Shown here: positions 53,130 to 64,000 of the stretch, piece by piece
Position numbering within the stretch: position 1 is the first letter of the stretch
How the letters are laid out: each line of letters begins with the position of its first letter
Assembly: GCF_009914755.1 (NCBI RefSeq)
Contig: NC_060925.1
Origin: the human T2T-CHM13v2.0 reference genome, Homo sapiens
Strand: one strand, 5' to 3'
DNA length: 64,000 bases
The notes under the pieces: generated by a model
What the model was told of the DNA's origin: nothing
Database searches by the model: none
What the model saw: the letters and a program-made list of their open reading frames with translations, nothing else
Position numbers and translations under genes: made by a program

Positions 53130-56100
53130 TTTTTAATGGTCAATTGTAGATGTATATATTTGTTTCTGTACTCCCCATTCTATTTCATTGGTTTGTCTAG
53201 TAAAAATATCATACTATCTTGTCCTCATTTCACCCTCATTCTTGAAATATATTTTTATGGGTATGGAATTCTAGGTTGGCAATTTGTTTTTCAGTTCTTT
53301 GAAGATGTTACTCCATGGTTGCCTCCTTACAGGACTTTCCGCCAAAAGACTGTTGTCATTTTTTTCTTCCTTGGACAAAAAATTTTCCTTTTATGTCTCC
53401 TTTTCAGAAATTTGATTACAATACATCTGGATCAATTTTTCTTCATGTTTTGCTCTTATTAAACTTATTGGATGTGCAGACTTCTAGTTTATGTGAAAAT
53501 TGGAATTATTTTACCCAGTCTTTTATTTATATATTTTTCTGACTTTCCCCCCTCCACCTTTGGGCACTCCATCTGCATGTGTACTATGTTACTTGTGTAT
53601 TATTATGTTGCTCTATACTTTCCTGTTCATAGTGTCTATTGCTATGTTTTCAAGTTCACTAGTTTTTCTTCTTCAGGTTCAAATGTGCTGTTAATCCCAT
53701 TCAGTATACACCTATTTTTAGCAATATAGAAACATTGTAATTTCTATATCGAGGTTTTTATTTGGGTATTTTTAAATATATTATTCCTACTTAATATGTT
53801 TAATCTTTTGTTTATTTTTTAAACCAATGAAACACAGCTAAATGATTGTATTATTGTCTTTATCCACTGATTCAGTCATCTTTGTAATTTCTATGTTAGT
53901 TTTTATTAATTTTTATTTACATTACGAGTCATATTTTCTGCTTTCTTGCATGCCTTGTAGTTTTTTACTGTATGCTAGGCATTGTAAATATTTCTCTTTT
54001 GGGTGCTGGATATCTTTGGATTTCATGTGTAGAAATACATGAATGAATGAATGTGATGTGATGCGATGAATCTGTTACTTGGTAACTGCTTGATATTTTT
54101 GAGGACTGCTTTAAGCTTGTTATTCTGGACCAAAGCAGCATTCGGTTGATGGCTTTTTTTTTTCCAGCTACTGAGACAATACACTTCTGAATACTTTGAA
54201 TAAAATCTCTTGAAATGTGAGGTTTTTTTTTTTCTTTTCTTTTTTTTTTTTTTTTGTAAATTCTGGCTGGTGGAAATGCAAACTACTTTCTGATGTGGGC
54301 ATTTAGTGCTATAAATTTCCCTCTGAACAAACTGCTTTAGATGTAGCCCAGAGATTCTGGTACATTGTCTCTTTGTCCCCATTGGTTTCAAAGAACTTCA
54401 TTATTTCTGCCTTAATTTTGCTATTTACCTAATGGACATTCAGGAGCAGGTTGTTCAATTTCCATGTAGTTTTGTGGTTTTGAGTGAGTTTCTTAATCCT
54501 GAGTTCTAATTTGATTGCACTGCAGTCTGAGAGACTGTTGTGATTTCAGTTCTTTTGCATTTGCTGAGGAGTGTTTTACTTCCAATTATGTGGTTGATTT
54601 TAGAATAAGTGCTATGTGGTGCTGAGAAGAATGCATATTCTGTTGATTTGGGATGGAGAGTCCTGTAGATGTCTATTAGGTCAGCTTCATCCAGAACTGA
54701 GTTCAAGTCCTGAATATCCTTGTTAATTTTCTGTCTCATTGATCTGTCTAATATTGACAGTGGGGTGTTAAAGTCCCCCATTAATATTGTGTGGGAGTCT
54801 AAGTCTCTTTGTAGGTCTCTAAGAACTTGCTTTATGAACCTGGGTGATCCTGTATTGGGTGCATATATATTTAGGATAGTTAGCTCTTCTTGTTGCATTG
54901 CTCCCTTTACCATTATGTAATGCCTTCTTTGTTTTTTTTTTTTGTTATTGTTGTTGTTGTTGTTTTGTTTTGTTTTAACTTTGTTAGTTTAAAGCCTGTC
55001 CTATCAGAGACTAGGATTACAACCTCCTGCTTTTTTTTTCTTTCAATTTGCTTGGTAAATAGTCCTCCATCCCTTTATTTTGAGCCTATTTGTATCTTTG
55101 CACATGAGATTGGTCTCTTGAATACAGCACACCAATGGGTCTTGACTCTTTATCCAATATGCCAGACTGTGTCTTTTAATTGGGGCTTTTAGCCCATTTA
55201 CATTTAAGGTTAATATTGTTATGTGTGAATTTGATCCTGTCATCATGATGCTAGCTGGTCATTTTGCACATTAATTGATGTAGTTTCTTCATAGTGACAT
55301 TGGTCTTTATATTTTGGTGTGTTTTTGTAGTGGCTGGTACTGGTTTTTCCTGTCCATATTTAGTGCTTCCTTCAGGAGCTCTTGTAATGCAGGGCTGGTG
55401 GTGACAAATCCCTCAGCATTTGCTTGTCTGTGAAGAATTTTATTTCTCCTTCAGTTATGAAGCGTAGTTTGGATGAACGTGAAATTCTGGGTTGAAAATT
55501 CTTTTCTTTAAGAATGTTGAATATTGGCCCCCACTCTCTTCTGGCTTGTAGGGTTTCTGAAGAGAGATCTACTGTTAGTCTAATGAGCTTTGCTTTGTAG
55601 GTAACCTGACCTTTCTTTCTGGCTGTCCTTAACATTTTTTCCTTCATTTCAACCTCAGAGAATCTGGTGATAAGGTGTCTTGGAGTTGCTCTTCTCAAGG
55701 AGTATCTTAGTGGTGTTCTCTGTATTTCCTGTATGTGAATGTTGGCCCATCTTGCTAGAGTGGGGAAGTTCTCCTGGGTAATATCCTGAAGTGTGTTTTC
55801 CAACTTGGTTCCATTCTCCCTGTCACTTTCAAGGACCTCAAACAATCATAGGTTTGGTCTTTTCACACAGTCCAATATTTCTCGGAGGCTTTGTTCATTC
55901 CTTTTTATACTGTTTTCTCTAATCTTACCTTCACACGTTATTTTAGTAAGTTGATCTTCAATATCTGATATCCTTCAGTAGAAGGATTATATATCATTCT
56001 ACTGTAAAGACACATGCACACATATGTATATTACAGCACTATTTACAATAGCAAATACTTGGAACCAACCCAAATACCCATCAATGATAGACTGCATAAA

Positions 56101-56910
56101 GAAAATGTGGCACATACACACCATGGAATACTATGCAGCCATTAAAAAAATCAGTTCATGTCCTTTGCAGGGACGTGGATGAAGCTGGAAACCATCATCC
56201 TCAGCACACTAACACAGGAACAGAAAACCAAACACTGCATGTTCTCACTCACAAGTGAGAGTTGAACAATGAGAACACATGGACACAGGGAGGGGAACAT
56301 CACACACCGGGTCCTGTCGGGGGATAGGGGGAATGGGGAGGGAGAGCATTAGGACAAATACCTAATGCATGCAGGGCTTAAAACTTAGATGATGGGTTGA
56401 TAGGTACAGCAAATCACCATGGCACATGTATAGCTATGTAACAAACCTACATGTTCAGTGCATGTATCCCAGAACTTAAAGTAAAAGAAAAAACAAAAAC
56501 AAAAACAAAATGCAAACTATTCCTGGCCTTATGTAATAACTATCAATTGTTTCCCCTACTTCTTTTAAATAATCCTTTTTCTAGCTTTGAGTACTTTTCT
56601 CAAATGCATGTACTGATCCATACTCAGCTAGATATTCAAAGAGGATCCTCTGCAGATCTCTCTCTCTCTGTCTCTCTCTCTCTTTACTAATACCCTGCTC
56701 CTGGACTCTCAACTTCAATGTTTCAACTCAGAAAGAACCCTGGGCTGTGCTTAGGCTCCCCCTCTGTTCTGTGGCCCCTATGGAACTGCTGGGACAGTCA
56801 TTTGACTTACCTTATCCTTTCATCTCTCTCCTGTATAATTTTCTGGCACTGTCTGATTTCTAATATTTGAAAACCGTTGTTTTACATATTACATCTGCTT
56901 CTTGTTTCAT
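53130..56910 (-). mobile_element. Old L1M fragment (host of the inverted L1PA7)
   Basis: T-rich degraded antisense L1 sequence on both sides of the 54274/56508 TSD. Confidence 0.5.
54286..56507 (+). mobile_element. Twin-primed L1PA7-like insertion: inverted ORF1/EN block (54286-~55976, minus) plus sense 3' end (~55977-56507)
   Basis: ORF1 (RPRHL-like TPRHLITRF, KNFQPRIS) and EN motifs on the minus strand. 3' UTR and A-rich tail on the plus strand. TSD AAATGCAAACTA at 54274-54285 and 56508-56519. Confidence 0.9.
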
Positions 56911-57023
56911 ATGGGACTGAAAATACAATTTTTGTTCCTCCATTTGGTCTCATGCAAAATGCCATGTAAGCACTTTAAATAAAATGTGGTATATTTGTAA
57001 GTAAATATATTATAAAATATTTC

Positions 57024-57663
57024 ATATATATGTACTTTAAGTTCTGGGATACATGGGCAGAATGTGCAGGTTTGATACATAGGTATACACATGCCATGGT
57101 GGTTTGCTGTACCCATCAACCCATCATCTACATTAGGTATTTCTCCTAATGCTATCCCTTCCCTAGCCCCCTGTTCCCCAACAGGCCCCAGTATGTGATG
57201 TTCCCCTCCCTGTGTCCATGTGCTCTCATTGTTCAACTCCCACTTATGAGTGAGAACATGCGGTGTTTGGTTTTCTATTCCTGTGTTAGTTTGCTGAGAA
57301 TGATGGTTTCCAGCTTCATCAATGTCCCTGTAAAGGACATGAATTCATCCTTTTTATGGCTGCATAGTATTCCATGGTGTATATGTGCTGGAAATAGGAA
57401 CGGTTTTACACTGTTGGTGGGAGTGTAAATTAGTTCAACCATTGTGGAAGACAGTGTGGCGATTCCTCAAGGATTTAGAACCAGAAATCCCATTTGACCC
57501 AGCAATCCATTACTGGGAATATACCCACAGAATTATAAGTCATTCTACTATAAAGACACATGCACACATATGTTTACTGCAGCACCGTTCACAATATCAG
57601 AGCCTTGGAACCAACCCAAATGCCCATCAATGATACACTGGATAAAGTAAATGTGGTACATAC
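57024..57663 (-). mobile_element. Twin-primed L1PA5/6-like insertion: 3' end on minus (57031-57387) plus inverted block (~57388-57663)
   Basis: Orientation switch near 57388. TSD ATAAAATATTTC at 57012-57023 and 57664-57675. Confidence 0.88.
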
Positions 57664-59234
57664 ATAAAATATTTCTAAAAGCAGAAAACCTTTTCCTGTA
57701 AAAGGAATTCTTAGATGGTGAAGCATTTGACATCTTTTCCAAATTTCTAAGATTTTAGGTAAAAATTTTTGTTATCTCATTCAACTTATACCTAGAGGAC
57801 TAAATTTGGACCTCTCTTCCTTTGGAATGATTTCTTAAATTTTTCAGAAATTAAGCCCCAATATGAGAAGTAAATATTTCTGATATTCAGCAACACACAA
57901 AAATTAGAATTAAGGATGCATTTGCATAAAATTGGTTTTACTACTGAGGAAAGCTCCTCTTTAAGTCTCAAAATAATCTACATATTATTCATGTTTATAA
58001 TTTTTTAATTAAATAAAATTAGAATCCCAAACAAGTGACATTAACTGATAACTATAGAATTAGCAGAAGGTAATTTACAGGTTTTATTTGGGTTCATTAA
58101 TGTATATCATTAGTATAAAATATTACCTTATATTCTCAAAAACATTTTCCATGAACCCAGTATATATTAATTATGCAAAATATAAATTTTAATAAGCAAT
58201 TACTGTATATTCACTATTGTATTCCATGTAGAAAATACATTAGAACATGAGTCAGGGCATTGCTGGGGCACACAATTTTGAGGCAGGGATTTCTATCATT
58301 TTACTAACAAATATTATTTGCAAGTTATAGTATCAATGAACTTTGACCACTGCTATTATTAGAAGTTCCACAGTTTCACAACTTAGATTTCCATAAGGAA
58401 ATGGTTGAGAATAAAAGTCTGCTGAGAAAGCAATAATACGTTCAATACAATTTGGTTTGGGTCCCGGGCATGCACTAACTTTGCTACTCAGTTTTGATTC
58501 AGTTTTCACTGTTCTCTTCCTATAGCTTCCCTTTTTATGACCAACAACAAATCTTACATCAGATTGAACTTGGTTTACAGATCTTTAAATATTAGTTCAC
58601 TCCTTCACATCAAATCATATGTCTTAGTTAAAGCACTTTGGTTTTAAGTAATAGAAATTAAATCATACAAACTGAAAAAAAGATGATTAAGATACAGATT
58701 TTTAAATTTAACCCACAAACAGCAAGTACATTTTGCTTTTACAAATAAATGGAACCAGAAATTGGAAAACTTACAGAAAGCAAAGCAACTGTACTCACAG
58801 TCTTTTTCACTCCTACCTTATCAAATTTCTCTGATTCATTTTGGAATTAGCTGACCATGAATCCCATAATTTCTGACTGTGCTTGTCCTCAATTCAGGTA
58901 ATAATCAGAGGCCAATTTTCATTTTTGAATGTCAATTCAAAATTATCTAAAGCCATAAACTGACTGGTTCACTTTGAATCGAATAGCAACACCTGGTACA
59001 ATCACCTAATCAAAAGAGCAACATCACAAAAAACAAATACAGCCTCCAGGACTTGCCACTATAGGTCCTGCTCATTTAAATGACTTGTCCGTGAAATTAT
59101 CTTTTATATTAGATTGCAGACTCCTTGAGTGCAGAACTGTTCAATTTGTAATATCTAGAAAGGATTATAACATGAAAGTAGAAGAGTAGACATTTTTTGA
59201 ATAAATAAACAAAGTAACTAACATTAAGGAGAAC

Positions 59235-59430
59235 CAAATATGTATCAGGCATGTTGATAAATACATTACATAAAATAATTTATTTAGTCCTTACAACAAT
59301 CCTCTGTGGTAGCCACCATAATTATTTTCATTTTACAGATGTGAAAACTGAGTCTCAGAGAGAGATTGCAGTAACTTCCTAAGCTTTCACTTCTATTGAG
59401 ATGAACTTGAATCTAAGACTCTAACTCCCA
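59235..59430 (-). mobile_element. MIR
   Basis: TCCTTACAACAATCCTCTGTGGTAG...CATTTTACAGATGTGAAAACTGAGTCTCAGAGAG. Confidence 0.8.
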
Positions 59431-59946
59431 AATTATCAACAAATCAACACTTATTCTGTACCAAGTGATCCCAGGTTTCCCAGGGATCCTGAGCATCTCA
59501 ACTTAGGGGTCTTCCTCTCTAACACACTGCCCTTTCATCATTTGTATTAGTATTTAGTAGTCTCAGTTAAATTTACAGCTATTTTTCTTCTCTAAAAAAT
59601 GAACTGAGTAAAAGCAAGCATTCATCACTATACATACATCCAGCTACTTATACAGAACTTGACAGATTGCCTTTCTTTGGTGAAGTAGATGTTACAAGGT
59701 GTTCCATTATGTCTTTCATCAGAATGAAGAAAAACTTTTGTTTGGAGGCTGTTTTTTTAATAATTGTTTTTAACTGGCCAATTTTTATAGAGATTTAAAG
59801 GCCAAATCTTCTAAACATTTCTGCTCTTACCATTTCTCTGGGAAGTTAGCAATGATAACCATCAAGTCATCTTGTGATGAATATAAGAATCACAGCAGGG
59901 TGTTACTGGGTCCAGGAGTTGTGATTGGGTGGAAGACCTGTTGTCA

Positions 59947-60992
<1,046 letters not shown>

Positions 60993-62669
60993 GAAGTTGT
61001 CTTCATACAAGACTCCATAGGATTGAAAAAGCAATAAGCCTGCTGTGGAAGATGCCTTAGTGGAGTCCGAATGCTACCTGAAGGGAGTGAATGTAAATTG
61101 CTAGGTTACCAAAGCAATTCAAATTGTCTGATGGAAAGAGTATTGTATATGGCAACAACACTGCTCTTTGATGCTTTAGAAGTAACTTTCGAAAAATGCC
61201 TTTTCTCTAAAGATAAAAAGAAACGAGAGAAAGGGGTGAAGGATCAGCAGGAGTCACAAATAATTTTCAAGAGCCAACTGAGTTTAAAATGTGTCAGATG
61301 GAATATAAATAAGATAAATATCCTATTGTCTTATAGTAAAATAGAATAGAAAGCACTATCTACTCATTCGTGGTGAATTTTTGAGACAGTATGTGTTATA
61401 GTTACCTAGTAAGTTGAATAAACATAAGACAAATTCAAACACGTAAAAGTAGTCTGTTGGAAATGTTGCTCCATTTCCTCATTTATTTTGTTTGGTTACA
61501 CATTCTTCTATTCTGACAGTTTTGAGGAATTAAGATATGTAAGATTTTTCTGGCAGAGAATACAGAGACAATTTGACTTAAGACTTAGTTTTAAAGAGAA
61601 GGTTGAGATTTAGTATAAGCCATGAAATGATATATTGGCCTCAGGCAACTGTCAATAGTTGTTTGCCATCTTAGGTATATATTTTGTCTCCTAATCAACT
61701 GTAATATTTTATCTGTCTGTACCCCTAGTGCCTGTTACTATACCATGCATTAGTAGATACCTGGTTATGTTTATTTTGGGGAATGATGGCACCCACTAAT
61801 CTATAGTATTCATGACATCTAGGTATAGTCACTTGCTTATCCACAAATATTTATTATGTGGTGCCAATGAAACTTGGGCATAGGACTAAAATAATTAATA
61901 CTATTTAGCAATTTAACCCATGTTAAAAATAGGAGGGAAAAAGATGGATTTTAAAAATATTATCAATTTATAAAAACTTGCATAAAAAGTATACATTTCT
62001 TAGTTTGGGAATTATCCCATATGAAGAAACTATGTTATAATACTCAAATCACTATATGATCTGAATAATAATTTTTAAATATCCAGAAGTGAATAGAAAT
62101 TATGTGGGCATTTCATTCATACAGACAAACAGAGTATTAAGTAATTAAAGAGTTGTTGTTTCTAAGATATAATACTTTTCAGGAAGAAGCCAGAAACTTG
62201 GTCATAAAAATGGAGATGAGAAAGAGATAAGACTAAATGGAGAATGACTAAAATTTTTTAAATGTAAACAGGAAATGCTGAGAGTATAGATCACCTATAT
62301 TCTATATAATAGCACTATTAATGGTTTCAGTACTAGAATGCTACCTAATACTGAAAATATTTCTTAGCACACAAATTTCTTAAAGTTGGTTCTAAGCTTG
62401 AAGTTTTTTTATCTTTAACTTCTCTATTCTCTTTTCTAGGTACTTAATCATTGAGTGACTATTGCTATTTCCCTTAGAAACAACACCTTAGATGCATAAT
62501 GTCCTCTTTATATACTATGCTGCTTAATAGTTTAGGATTTTATCACTACAAAAGTTAATTAATAAAATATTGTTCTGTGTGGTCTTCCTATACCAGACTT
62601 CACAGAAAAGAATCTGGAATACCATCACCACTCTAATTTTTATAAAAAATATCCCACCAATTAAATTAC

Positions 62670-64000
<1,331 letters not shown>

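Overview
This is hominoid (human or great ape) nuclear DNA, judged by a full-length SVA, Alu and L1PA elements. It is AT-rich and repeat-dense, consistent with an intergenic or deep-intronic region. I cannot support any host protein-coding exon. The recognisable ORFs in the track come from L1 ORF1/ORF2 remnants, Alu, SVA, THE1 or simple repeats; the rest have no product I can recognise. The window holds layered transposon insertions (L1PA, L1PB, L1M, Alu/FLAM, SVA, SVA2, THE1B provirus, MST/MLT/MER34 LTRs, MER2, L2, MIR), many with readable target-site duplications (TSDs). The most notable observations are: (1) a 78-bp inverted duplication in apparently unique DNA (30011-30395) with nested fold-back palindromes at its junction, just upstream of a candidate terminal exon; (2) a 141-bp HERV-K LTR5 3'-end piece inside an L1, shaped like captured strong-stop cDNA; (3) a rare SVA2 about 2.7 kb from a full SVA; (4) three twin-primed, 5'-inverted L1s within 7 kb, one missing most of ORF2; (5) several snap-back repair scars. 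I found no convincing new multi-gene system. Subfamily names are from memory of consensus sequences and need RepeatMasker/Dfam confirmation. Boundaries of old repeats are approximate.
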